This document shows, one piece after another, positions 36,618-46,033 of a DNA stretch of 64,000 nt. The notes beneath the pieces are model-generated. The model worked only from the letters and a program-made list of their open reading frames with translations, did not search any database and had not been told where the DNA came from. Source of the DNA: Lewinellaceae bacterium. Lineage in GTDB: Bacteria > Bacteroidota > Bacteroidia > Chitinophagales > Saprospiraceae. The stretch spans positions 107,993 through 171,992 of the forward strand of contig JADJSY010000083.1 of NCBI GenBank assembly GCA_016711435.1, written 5' to 3'. The first letter of the stretch is position 1; each line of letters begins with the position of its first letter. A program made the translations under genes and the position numbers.

Positions 36618-38441
36618 ATGAATATTCGCCCCGAATGGTATCGCCTGCAACAGTCGGCCCGATGTCTGCTCCGCAGCGGAATGTTCCTGTTGCTTTGCCT
36701 GCCGGTTTGTCTCCGGGCGCAATCCGAATTTGACGAGCATCTCACCTTCGATAGTATACAGCGATTGCTGAAAGCAGGCATCGATGAGCGCGATACGCGA
36801 AAACAGGCGCTGGCCTGGTTTCACTGGGCACATTACGACGAAACCCAAACGGGTATTACCGATTCGGCTTTTCAATACTTAGCCAAAAGCGCCGAACGCT
36901 TCGGCCAGGCAAAAGACACGCTGGCTTATCACCGCGTCAGAATGGATCTGGCCGACCGGCTTGCGGACAGGGGTTTGCTCGACGAAGCGCAGCGTATGCA
37001 ACAGGAGGCGCTGGCTTATTTTAAATCTACCGGCAACTTCTTTCTGGAAACCCACGTTTTGGCGCGACTCAACCGGGTTTATTTAGCCCAGGGCGATACC
37101 GTGGGCGCCTTGTTGTTAAAAAGGTCTTTTGTAAATAATAACAAAATCCTGAAAGATACCGTCCTGGAAATCAAGGTGTTAATGGATGAAGCCAGCCATC
37201 TTTTCCAAAAGAAAAAGTACAGCAACGCCCGTTTTACCGCAGGCATTGCCTTGCGGCTGGCCGAAAGGTGTAATTATGAATATTTAGCCAATCGCGCGCG
37301 TGTTGCCATCGGCCAGTTTTGTTTGTATGAACGGGATTATAAAACATCGATTTTTTACCTGAAGAAAGCCGAAGCCAATGCATCCCGCGCGGATGCCTCG
37401 CAACGCTACCAGATTTACCACTTTCTTTCCCAGGCTTATGCAAAACTCGACAGCCTGCCGCCCGCTTACCATTATGCCATTCGGTATGCCGAATTGGGCG
37501 ATACGCTGCTCAACAGGGACAAGGCCACGGCGCTTCAACGGCTCGCACTGCAATTCGATACCCGCCAAAAACGGATAGAAATTGAAACGCTCGAACGCGA
37601 AAAAGAGGCCGTTGAAACCCGCGCCCAGGGTCATCGGCTTACTGCGGCAGCGCTCGCGGTAGCTTTGTGCGCGGTGTTGCTCGCCATGTTTTTTATCGTT
37701 CGCGACTACCGGCACCGACTCCATACCGACCAGGTGATTGCCATGCAAAATGAAGAACTCAACAAGCGCAAAATCCGCGAACTGGAAGATAGCCTGCAGA
37801 TTGAAACCATGCGCAGTATGCTGGCGGGGCAGGAAGGGGAGCGCCGGCGCATTGCGCAAGACCTGCACGACAGTGTCGGCGGTATGCTGGCGGCCACCAG
37901 GATACAGGTGGAAAGCCTGCTGTCAAAAAATACCCAACTTGCTGATAACGAGGATTTAAACAAAGTAAAAAACCTGCTCGATGAAACGGTTTCCGAAACG
38001 CGGAACATTGCCCGGAATATGCAGCCCGGCGCGTTAATGGAGTTTGGGCTGACCAAAGCCGTGCAGGATCTGACAGGCCGCGTTTACGGCGAAAGCGCGC
38101 CGAATATTACTTTTGAGCACTTCGGCGACTGTAGCGACCTCGATCAGACCATCGCATTAAATTGTTACCGTATTGTACAGGAATTGTTGCAAAACAGCCT
38201 TAAACACGCCGAATCCAAAGAAATATTGGTGCAGATTACCCGGACGGAAGGCCAGCTCGCCTTATTAGTCGAAGATGACGGCGTCGGGTTTAACCCACAA
38301 ACTGTACAAAAAGGGATGGGTACCGGTAACATTGCCAATCGGATTCAGTTCCTGCGTGGCGAACTGAATATTCAGACCGCTCCGGGTAAGGGAACCAGTA
38401 CACTGGTTACTATTCCTCTGGAACATCAGGGAAAACCCTGA
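36618..38441 (+). CDS. Sensor histidine kinase with periplasmic/TPR-like N-terminal region (HisKA_3 plus HATPase_c)
   Basis: TPR-like repeats, one TM (AAALAVALCAVLLAMFFIV), coiled coil, ERRRIAQDLHDSVGG H-box, and C-terminal DDGVGF / GMGTGNI ATPase motifs. Start uncertain (36573, 36618 or 36681). Confidence 0.85.
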   Translation: MNIRPEWYRLQQSARCLLRSGMFLLLCLPVCLRAQSEFDEHLTFDSIQRLLKAGIDERDTRKQALAWFHWAHYDETQTGITDSAFQYLAKSAERFGQAKDTLAYHRVRMDLADRLADRGLLDEAQRMQQEALAYFKSTGNFFLETHVLARLNRVYLAQGDTVGALLLKRSFVNNNKILKDTVLEIKVLMDEASHLFQKKKYSNARFTAGIALRLAERCNYEYLANRARVAIGQFCLYERDYKTSIFYLKKAEANASRADASQRYQIYHFLSQAYAKLDSLPPAYHYAIRYAELGDTLLNRDKATALQRLALQFDTRQKRIEIETLEREKEAVETRAQGHRLTAAALAVALCAVLLAMFFIVRDYRHRLHTDQVIAMQNEELNKRKIRELEDSLQIETMRSMLAGQEGERRRIAQDLHDSVGGMLAATRIQVESLLSKNTQLADNEDLNKVKNLLDETVSETRNIARNMQPGALMEFGLTKAVQDLTGRVYGESAPNITFEHFGDCSDLDQTIALNCYRIVQELLQNSLKHAESKEILVQITRTEGQLALLVEDDGVGFNPQTVQKGMGTGNIANRIQFLRGELNIQTAPGKGTSTLVTIPLEHQGKP

Positions 38442-38786
38442 TATAAAATACAGGTTTTTTACGGATAGAAAAACCCCTATAACGCCGATACCTTTGCATA
38501 TCAATTGCAAAAACCGGTTTTAGTGTCCCTGACACGTTTTCAGTCTTTTGCAAGCGCTCCCCCCAAGTTGAGATCCCACTCAGTATTTTCCCGATCAGCC
38601 ATTGACTACGAAACTGTCAACATGTTCTTCGGAGCAATGGCATGATTCCCACTTTCAATCTCTTGCGGCCGATAAAGATTTGCCGTTATCCACCCCCCCT
38701 TGTTTAATCCGCATAAGAACCGATTTGATTTTTGTTGATTAGCAACAAATCAAGTTGGAAATAAATTTCCATACTATGTCAAAGCC

Positions 38787-38828
38787 AGGCGCTCGTTGTT
38801 CGACAGAACGGCGAGCGCCTATTTTTTT
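38787..38828 (+). terminator. Rho-independent terminator, about 345 nt from any upstream CDS
   Basis: Stem aggcgctcg (38787-38795) / cgagcgcct (38812-38820), then a T7 run at 38822-38828. Confidence 0.7.
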
Positions 38829-38926
38829 GTCTGTGTCTAAATATGTGCTTTGCATGAACTTCTTACTTTTGACCCTGTTCTAACGATAACTGTGCATATT
38901 TCAAGACCATTTAAACATATAAAGAC

Positions 38927-39544
38927 ATGGCATTTACACTTCCCAACCTTCCTTACGAATTCGCTGCCCTGGAACCGCATATTGATGCGCGTACGATGGA
39001 AATACACCACGACAAGCACCACGCTGCTTATGTCAATAATCTGAATGCCGCTATTCAAGGCACGGAACACGAGGGAAAAAGCATCGAAGAACTGCTGGCC
39101 AATATTTCAAAATTGCCGCCAGCCGTGCGCAACAACGGCGGCGGTCACTGGAATCACTCCATGTTCTGGGAAATCATGGCGCCCAACGCCGGCGGTAATC
39201 CAAGCGGCGACCTGGCCTCTAAAATTGATAAAAATTTCGGCTCCTTTGACGAGATGAAAAAACTGTTTGCCCAGGCGGCTACCACCCGCTTCGGATCCGG
39301 ATGGGCCTGGCTGTGTGTGGATGCCGACGACAACCTGTTTATCACGTCCACGCCGAATCAGGATAATCCGTTGATGGATGTTGCCGAGAAAAAAGGGCTG
39401 CCTGTGCTGGGCCTCGATGTCTGGGAACACGCGTATTACCTGCACTACCAGAATCGCCGCCCGGACTACATCACTTCCTGGTGGAATACGGTGAACTGGG
39501 AGGAAGTAGGTCGCCGCTACCGGAGCGCTGTGCGCTCGAACTGA
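38927..39544 (+). CDS. Superoxide dismutase [Fe/Mn]
   Basis: [32 protein letters not shown] and DVWEHAYYL metal-ligand motifs. Confidence 0.95.
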   Translation: MAFTLPNLPYEFAALEPHIDARTMEIHHDKHHAAYVNNLNAAIQGTEHEGKSIEELLANISKLPPAVRNNGGGHWNHSMFWEIMAPNAGGNPSGDLASKIDKNFGSFDEMKKLFAQAATTRFGSGWAWLCVDADDNLFITSTPNQDNPLMDVAEKKGLPVLGLDVWEHAYYLHYQNRRPDYITSWWNTVNWEEVGRRYRSAVRSN

Positions 39545-39565
39545 TTCGTGGAATTTTGTACCACT

Positions 39566-40576
39566 TTACAAAACGACCCGGAGCGCCTTTTCCAGCAGGG
39601 TAAATTCGACAGGGGTTTCGCCTAAAAATTCTCCATCCGCTTCCAGTAGTGTGGGGTGGGCGCCTGTTTGTTCCACGCGGATGCTGCGCGCCTGGGCACT
39701 GCCTATTTTAGGATGCCGGAGCAGCGTACCATTGTAAAACCGGGGCGTCTGTATCAATACTTCCAGCTTATGCAGGCGGCGTGCATACGTGAGGGCAAAC
39801 AAGCCGTCATCGGGAACCGCGTGTGGCACAAATTGCATCCCGCCGCCCGAAAAGCGGCACAGCCCAATGTTGATGGTATAAAACTCGTCTTCCACTGTTT
39901 GCCCGTCGAAGTTGATTTTCGCCCCTGTCAGGCGATACTCCAAAAGATATTGGGCCACCATGAGCAGGTAATGTGCACGGTTGGACACCGGGCGTTCGGT
40001 CAGTTTTTTGCCGATAAATCCATCGTAGGCCATACCGGCAACATTCACGAAATAGCGCTTTTCGGGATTCCCATCCCTGAAATAATCTACGATTCCGACA
40101 TCCTGCAAGGTTGTTTGAACGGCTTTGAGCCTTTCGAGGCGCTGTCGCGGATCGCAGGGTATCTGGTACTCTCTTGCCCAGTCATTGCCGGTTCCAACCG
40201 GAAGCAGGGCGTAATGGACATCTGCCGTTGGCGCAAAGGATTGCCCCAGAATGCCGTTGGCAATTTCGTGGTTGGTGCCGTCGCCACCGATGCCGAGCAA
40301 ATAACGCCCGCCTTTGAGAATGATGTCTTCCGCCAACCGGGCGGCATGGCCCCGCCGTTCGGTAAACTGGACGGAATAAGAGAACCCCATCTCTTGCAGG
40401 AGTTGCTCGATCTGTGGCCAGCGCCGCTCCACGCTGCCGCCGCCGGCTGCAGGATTGGCAATGATATGCCAGAAGGGAGGTGTTTCAGTTGTTTCCACAG
40501 GCGAACCGAAAATTTCGTGACTGCCAGCCGGTTCATTAACAATCAATCTCCTGCAAATGTGAAAAAAACCGAACAC
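39566..40576 (-). CDS. Diacylglycerol/lipid kinase family protein (YegS-like)
   Basis: IIANPAAGGG, GGDGTNHE and PVGTGNDWA motifs. No ATG upstream of the domain, so the start is GTG at 40576 or an internal TTG/GTG. Confidence 0.75.
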   Translation of the reverse strand: MFGFFHICRRLIVNEPAGSHEIFGSPVETTETPPFWHIIANPAAGGGSVERRWPQIEQLLQEMGFSYSVQFTERRGHAARLAEDIILKGGRYLLGIGGDGTNHEIANGILGQSFAPTADVHYALLPVGTGNDWAREYQIPCDPRQRLERLKAVQTTLQDVGIVDYFRDGNPEKRYFVNVAGMAYDGFIGKKLTERPVSNRAHYLLMVAQYLLEYRLTGAKINFDGQTVEDEFYTINIGLCRFSGGGMQFVPHAVPDDGLFALTYARRLHKLEVLIQTPRFYNGTLLRHPKIGSAQARSIRVEQTGAHPTLLEADGEFLGETPVEFTLLEKALRVVL

Positions 40577-40603
40577 TTCCTGTCCAAAACTTATCTTTGC
40601 CGC

Positions 40604-41059
40604 GTGTTACTCGAACTTGATCTTCTGACTTTCCAACCTCGTCTCCGCTTATCGCAATCGGGCGGCAAACACTTGGTTTTTGACCCGATCCGGCGAAAGG
40701 AAATGGTGCTGACACCGGAAGAAATGCTCCGCCAGATGGTGCTTCTGTATTTACTGGAACACAAAAAATACCCCGCTAACCGGATCCGGGTCGAAGTGGG
40801 CATCGAGTTAAACGGGCTGAAAAAACGCTGCGATATCGTCATTTTCGACCCGGAACTGCGGCCCTGGCTGCTACTGGAATGTAAATCGCCCAAAGTATCG
40901 CTTAACCAGGCCACTTTCGAGCAGGCTGCGCGCTATAATCTACAACTGCAAGCCCCTTTTTTAGTCATCACCAACGGCCTCTCTACTTATTGCGCCGGGC
41001 TGGATTTTGAACAACAAAGTTTTCAGTATTTGGCGGAACTGCCCGAATACTTGACGTGA
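40604..41059 (+). CDS. Type I restriction enzyme HsdR N-terminal domain-only protein
   Basis: C-terminal part of ORF 39656..41059; the remainder is antisense shadow of the kinase. IFDPIRRKEMVLTPEE..RQ...YL...KYP...I.VE..I.LNGLKKRCDIVIF......LLLECKSP.V and LVITNG match the HSDR_N_2 pattern. GTG at 40604 is the first in-frame start. Confidence 0.6.
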   Translation: MLLELDLLTFQPRLRLSQSGGKHLVFDPIRRKEMVLTPEEMLRQMVLLYLLEHKKYPANRIRVEVGIELNGLKKRCDIVIFDPELRPWLLLECKSPKVSLNQATFEQAARYNLQLQAPFLVITNGLSTYCAGLDFEQQSFQYLAELPEYLT

Positions 41060-41163
41060 ATCGTGAGTCGTGAATCGTGAGTGGCATTCCCTTGAAAGAC
41101 AATTGAGTACTTTCTTCAAACGGAATGCCACTCACTATTCACGACTCACCACTCACGATTCAC
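41056..41163. repeat. C-family palindrome built from GTGAATCGTGAGT words
   Basis: Left arm gtgaatcgtgagtcgtgaatcgtgagtggcattcc (41056-41090). Right arm ggaatgccactcactattcacgactcaccactcacgattcac (41122-41163). Sits between convergent stops; the TGA of the HsdR_N gene lies inside the arm. Confidence 0.9.
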
Positions 41164-41174
41164 TACTCTCGACA

Positions 41175-42389
41175 TCAATGTTCCTCCGCCCGTCCGATGA
41201 TCTTCCCCCCGTTGAATGTTTTTTGCAGTTCTTCTTGCTCTTTGCGTTCCTCTTCCGTCGGCAAGGGAATGTCCATGCGCGACATATCCGGCTGTCCGGC
41301 GTCTACCCAGGCGGTGTACCAGGAAGAACTGACTGCGTGGATGGCAGCGCGCATCCGGCGTTCCACCATGTTGTTGAGCGCATCGGAGTAGGCAGCCGAG
41401 AAATCGCGGCAAGGCGCCAGCACAGCCCTGCCGAGGCGCATATCGGGACATGACTGCCGGTCGGGCGGGAAGGTAATGCGCAAGGCCCGTTCTATCGTTA
41501 ACACGCTGTCTACCATCGTGTTACTGGCAAAAACCATGTCCCAAAACCAGTCTGTCGAACGCTCGACATATGCCGGTTTGCCGACAAAGTAGTCGTAACT
41601 TTCATCCGCAAAGAGTTCGGGAATCCGGCTTTCCCAAAAACCGTGAATACCGTGTTGGCCGGTCTTTTGTCCATTGTAATTGCTGGTCGTATGAAGCGGC
41701 ACATGCGCATCTCCGATATAATGCCCCATATCAGCGCATAGGCGCAGGATACGTTTCGCATCGCGGCGGCGAAAGGCTTCCGTCAGGTCGCGCTGCATCC
41801 GCTGTAAATGCCAGGGCAAAACGCCATGCAGGGCCATCTGATCCCGGAAAAATGCCGCCTGAAAATCGGTTGCCATGCCATGCCGGTTCAGAAAGGCTGC
41901 CAGGGAATCCGGATCGAGTGTTTCCACTTCTTCATACAGGCGCGGCAGTACCTGGGTATTAAAATATTTTTTGTAATCAGGCTGTATGTCGGCAGCGACA
42001 GGCATTTGTCTGCCAAAGAGTTGCACCGTATCTCCGGTGTTTTTCACCACCCATATTTCCGTAAAATACTGCATGGCATCCACGCGCTGCCGGGGGAGAT
42101 TATCGAAGGGCGGACCGTAATTATCCAGGTCGATGAAGTGTCTGGGGCCTTCGTGTTTGGAGGCATACCGGCGCATATCGGGATCTACCGCATGATCCGA
42201 GATATAGTCGATATTAGGTTTGAAAAACACCATCATCTGCGGCGGCAGGGTCAGCACAGCCAGGCGGTTGATGCGTTTGTGCGCGAAAAAGCCCCAGTCG
42301 GGGGTAGCAGGCGCTATCGAATGAAAGGAACTCAGGCTGAGTAACAGCACGAGAGCCGCAAAAGGTAGAATCGGTCGCAAGGCAATCAT
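41175..42389 (-). CDS. Zinc-dependent phospholipase C-like / S1-P1 nuclease-like secreted hydrolase
   Basis: Signal peptide. WGFFAHKRIN, HFIDLD and DAHVPLHTT His/Asp metal-ligand motifs. Confidence 0.6.
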   Translation of the reverse strand: MIALRPILPFAALVLLLSLSSFHSIAPATPDWGFFAHKRINRLAVLTLPPQMMVFFKPNIDYISDHAVDPDMRRYASKHEGPRHFIDLDNYGPPFDNLPRQRVDAMQYFTEIWVVKNTGDTVQLFGRQMPVAADIQPDYKKYFNTQVLPRLYEEVETLDPDSLAAFLNRHGMATDFQAAFFRDQMALHGVLPWHLQRMQRDLTEAFRRRDAKRILRLCADMGHYIGDAHVPLHTTSNYNGQKTGQHGIHGFWESRIPELFADESYDYFVGKPAYVERSTDWFWDMVFASNTMVDSVLTIERALRITFPPDRQSCPDMRLGRAVLAPCRDFSAAYSDALNNMVERRMRAAIHAVSSSWYTAWVDAGQPDMSRMDIPLPTEEERKEQEELQKTFNGGKIIGRAEEH

Positions 42390-42413
42390 TTTTTTGAACG
42401 AAAGATAGGGAAT

Positions 42414-43874
42414 TTAATAAACCCCTCGCCTCAACTGCCGTATACTTTCCCATTTCACCCATTTAAAAAGCAGTAGTCCCGGCAGACATGCAGCCGCAGA
42501 CAGGGCCATTTTTATATACCAGATAAAAGAGGTTTTTTCAACAATTAGGATATTTATCAATAAGATAAACAGCACATAACCAATTACTTGTGCAATTGAC
42601 CCCATGCCCGGCCTCCACTGGAAAGTATGCAGGGCAAGCCCCACCATACTCGCTGCTATGAACCCCTGTGTAGCCACTGCCGCTATGGCCGATCCGAAGG
42701 CCTGCCAGTAGGGAATCAGCAGCAGGTTGAGCGCAACGTTCAGCCCGATACCGGCAATAAAAAAGCGATTCATCATAGCCACCTTGCCATGCGCGGTCAG
42801 TAGCGTACTGAAAATATACGTGGTGCTGACCGGCACAAAAGCCCAAATCAAAACGCCCAGCGTATCCCAGCGATAAGGGGAAGCCTGCCGCGGCATCATC
42901 AGGTGCAGCAGATCTTCCCGGGCAAAACAGATCGCCATAGCCAGGGCCACACTTCCAGCCCAGATGAGCCTGAAACTCAGGGATAAAAGCGGTTTTACCA
43001 AATCCGGTTTTTTTTGCAGGCGGGCAAACATGGGCAGCAGCAGCGAAGCAAACAGGTAGCCGAGCATATTGCAGGCATCGAGCACCCGATATGCGCCTGC
43101 AAATACCTCCGCATGCGCTTTTCCACTGAAACGCTCCAGTAAAACGCCGTCGAGGCGGGTATAGGCAAACATCAGGAAAACGACCAGCGCATAAGGCAAA
43201 CTCCCGCGAAACAGCACAATCAGGGTCGGAATGCCCGATCGCCAGTTGTCCGCCCAGGTCGGGCGCACCCGGAATTTTACCTTACTGCGCAATATGCCGA
43301 ATGCGATGGCTGCCGTCAGTGCCAGCGGAATGGTTTGGGCCAATGCGAAGTACTCAATTCGGAACAGCCTGCCTGCCGGGTATGTCCACAACAACAGACC
43401 GCAGGTGAAGAGCATCAGCAATTTATCAAGGGAGGACAACACACTGTCCGTGCGGTAATGGCCCAAGCCGGACAGGTTGGAACGCAGGAAAAAAATCATC
43501 TGCACCAGCACCTGGTTGGCCAACAGGATCAACAGCAGCAACAAAGCGCGGCTGTCGTAACGCATCGTCCAGGCCAATACCAGGGAAATCAGGATATAGA
43601 CAACACTGAGCAATATCTTGATTGCCAGCAGGTTGGGAAAATATTTCGGGAGCAGTTGCGGGTGCTGGCTGATGTGGCGGTTGTTGAAACTCTGAATCCC
43701 GAAATCATTGAGAATCTGAAAAAGGTACGTCAGATTCATCAGTGCAAAATACAAACCGTATTCCTGACCCGTCCGGTTTTGCACCGTCAGGTCGATCCCG
43801 AAAATAAAAAACGGCTTTATCAGCAGGTTGATAAAGAGCAGGAAAAGAATGTTGACGATAAATTCGCGGTTCAC
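42414..43874 (-). CDS. Polysaccharide/oligosaccharide flippase (Wzx/MATE-like)
   Basis: 486 aa, about 12-14 TM helices, typical polysaccharide biosynthesis protein pattern. GTG start. Confidence 0.7.
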   Translation of the reverse strand: MNREFIVNILFLLFINLLIKPFFIFGIDLTVQNRTGQEYGLYFALMNLTYLFQILNDFGIQSFNNRHISQHPQLLPKYFPNLLAIKILLSVVYILISLVLAWTMRYDSRALLLLLILLANQVLVQMIFFLRSNLSGLGHYRTDSVLSSLDKLLMLFTCGLLLWTYPAGRLFRIEYFALAQTIPLALTAAIAFGILRSKVKFRVRPTWADNWRSGIPTLIVLFRGSLPYALVVFLMFAYTRLDGVLLERFSGKAHAEVFAGAYRVLDACNMLGYLFASLLLPMFARLQKKPDLVKPLLSLSFRLIWAGSVALAMAICFAREDLLHLMMPRQASPYRWDTLGVLIWAFVPVSTTYIFSTLLTAHGKVAMMNRFFIAGIGLNVALNLLLIPYWQAFGSAIAAVATQGFIAASMVGLALHTFQWRPGMGSIAQVIGYVLFILLINILIVEKTSFIWYIKMALSAAACLPGLLLFKWVKWESIRQLRRGVY

Positions 43875-43933
43875 GGGGGCAAAGGTAAGAACGAGACGCG
43901 GATTACGCGGATAAGGCAGATTTACGCGGATTT

Positions 43934-44025
43934 TTTACCACAATAGGCACATAGAAACTCCACATAGATCATATAAGATGCCTAATGTGATCTATGTGGA
44001 GTTTCTATGTGCCTATTGTGGTAAA
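43934..44025. repeat. D-family palindrome (38-bp arms)
   Basis: tttaccacaataggcacatagaaactccacatagatca / tgatctatgtggagtttctatgtgcctattgtggtaaa. Preceded by tandem gattacgcgga words (43895-43936). Half copy at 53522-53562. Confidence 0.9.
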
Positions 44026-44027
44026 TT

Positions 44028-45620
44028 CTACCGGTAATAAAACACGACTGCAAACGTGATTACCAACAAAATAACCGACAGGACACGGTAATTCTGGTAC
44101 CATGGAACGCCCACCAACTCTGCGGAATCTGCATCGTACACCGCTTTGTTCCAGGTAAATCCGACTAATTTATGAGCGGGAGGTATCGCAGTCGCCAGAC
44201 TCACGGCCACCTGAACCACAGAACAAATGGCAAAAATGATCGGCGCTTTCATCAAAAAGTGTACGCTGTTCCAGGCAGGAGAAAGCCCCGTCACTTCACT
44301 GGCTACTGTGAACAACGCGATGACTAATCCGGTCATCAGCGCTGCAAAAGCGCCGTCGGCATTGGCCCTTTTCCAGAACAGTCCGATCAGGAAAATAGCG
44401 ACGACCGGCGGGCTGATCAGTGCCAGTACGCCTTGCATGTAGTTCATCAGCGACTCAAAATTGGCGATTTGAGGCGCCCAGGCTACCGTAATCACCATAA
44501 AAACAACTGTGGAAATCTGACCGGCCCGAACAAGTCCTTTGGAATCCATATTCGGCCGGAATTTTTGAACAAAATCCATTGTAACAAGGGTGCGGGCCGA
44601 ATTGAGTGTCGCACTCACCGCAGATGCCATCGCAGCCAGAAAACCGGCCACAACCAGACCAACCAGGCCGGCCGGCAACAACTGGAACACCAGCGTTGGG
44701 TAAGCGCCATCCGCAAAGTTTTTTAACTGACCGGCGTACATATCCTGCAAGTTCGGGTACAATTTCAACGCCGCCAGCCCGGGGAAAACCAGCAAAAACA
44801 GAATGGGAATTTTTAACAATGCTGCAAACAACGCGCCTTTGCGGGCCTCATTGGCATTGCGGGCGCTCAGTGCGCGCTGCACGATAAACTGGTTGTTGCA
44901 CCAAAAATAAAAACCCAGCAAGGGCACACCCAACAGCAGTCCCGGCCAGGGCATATCCGGGTGATCGATCGGCTGCACCAGGTGCATAAATGATGGGTCC
45001 TTGGCATTTGCATGAGCCACAATGGCATCATAACCTCCCGCCTTATCGTACACGATGAAGCACAAAATCACCGCCGAAATCAGTAAAATAATCGTATTCA
45101 CCATTTCCGTCCGCATCACAGACGACAGTCCGCCGAAAATCGTATACCCTGCAGCAAATACGGCTAACAAACTGACAATCAGCAAGGTATTCGCTTCCGG
45201 GTAGACTAATTTGGCAATTACCACCCCGGCAAAAAGCGTCCCTGCTGTGTCGATAAAAATATTGCCGACCAGGGTGATAAAGGAAAAATAGTAGCGCGAG
45301 CGCACATCATACCTTTTTTCAAAATACTCCGGCATAGTGTACACCTGCGACTTGAGGTAAAACGGCAGGATAAACACACAAAAAAAGGTGAGCACCACCG
45401 AGGCCATCCATTCGTAATTGAAAAATACAATGCCGCCTTTGTACGCGCCGCCGGTAATCGCAATCAACGAGTTGGACGAAATATTGGCCGAAAACATGGA
45501 GATGCCGATGACATACCAGGGCATGTTGCGCCCTGCCAAAAAATACTCTTCCGAACTACCTGCTTTCCGATGATATCCGACAATAATGACTAAGTCGAGG
45601 GTGGTAAATGTAAAATTCAT
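44028..45620 (-). CDS. Sodium:solute symporter (SSS) family transporter
   Basis: EEYFLAGRNMPWYVIG motif. 13-14 TM helices. 530 aa. Confidence 0.85.
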   Translation of the reverse strand: MNFTFTTLDLVIIVGYHRKAGSSEEYFLAGRNMPWYVIGISMFSANISSNSLIAITGGAYKGGIVFFNYEWMASVVLTFFCVFILPFYLKSQVYTMPEYFEKRYDVRSRYYFSFITLVGNIFIDTAGTLFAGVVIAKLVYPEANTLLIVSLLAVFAAGYTIFGGLSSVMRTEMVNTIILLISAVILCFIVYDKAGGYDAIVAHANAKDPSFMHLVQPIDHPDMPWPGLLLGVPLLGFYFWCNNQFIVQRALSARNANEARKGALFAALLKIPILFLLVFPGLAALKLYPNLQDMYAGQLKNFADGAYPTLVFQLLPAGLVGLVVAGFLAAMASAVSATLNSARTLVTMDFVQKFRPNMDSKGLVRAGQISTVVFMVITVAWAPQIANFESLMNYMQGVLALISPPVVAIFLIGLFWKRANADGAFAALMTGLVIALFTVASEVTGLSPAWNSVHFLMKAPIIFAICSVVQVAVSLATAIPPAHKLVGFTWNKAVYDADSAELVGVPWYQNYRVLSVILLVITFAVVFYYR

Positions 45621-45666
45621 GAACTGAAAATGGGTTTAGTAAATCGTGGATGACAAAATAGTCGGA

Positions 45667-45756
45667 GAAGGTTGGATGGTTTGAAGGTTGGATGGTTTGT
45701 GGTGGTAGCGCATGGCTCAGGTTACCACCACAAACCATCAAACCTTCAAACCATCC
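45667..45756. repeat. B-family palindromic element (copy 2)
   Basis: gaaggttggatggtttgaaggttggatggtttgtggtggtagc - gcatggctcag - gttaccaccacaaaccatcaaaccttcaaaccatcc. Confidence 0.9.
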
Positions 45757-46033
45757 CGTTCAGACAAATATAGCAATGGCAAAATTTGATTTTGATGTAT
45801 TGACAATAAAGGCGGGCAATGTTATGCAAAGATTTTTAAATCTGCTACAAAATACTGAAATTCAGCATGGACTTGTTTCGTTACACCGCTAAACCGGGTT
45901 TGAACCCAATTTTATAAGTATGCTGCCACGTTTTTTTGAACGAATTCATTTGTAAAGCATTGGTTATTATTGCTTTTTGCCCCTTGCTTTTTAGTATCCG
46001 GGCGCCAAACTTTCCCGTTCTTTGCGCCTTCAA

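Noticed and set aside
45540-45620. Possible in-frame deletion in the first TM helix of the SSS transporter. The N-terminus is MNFTFTTLDLVIIVGY-HRKAGSSEEYFLAGR, which seems about 10-15 residues short.
   Set aside because: This is based only on my memory of typical SSS N-termini. It needs an alignment and could be natural variation.
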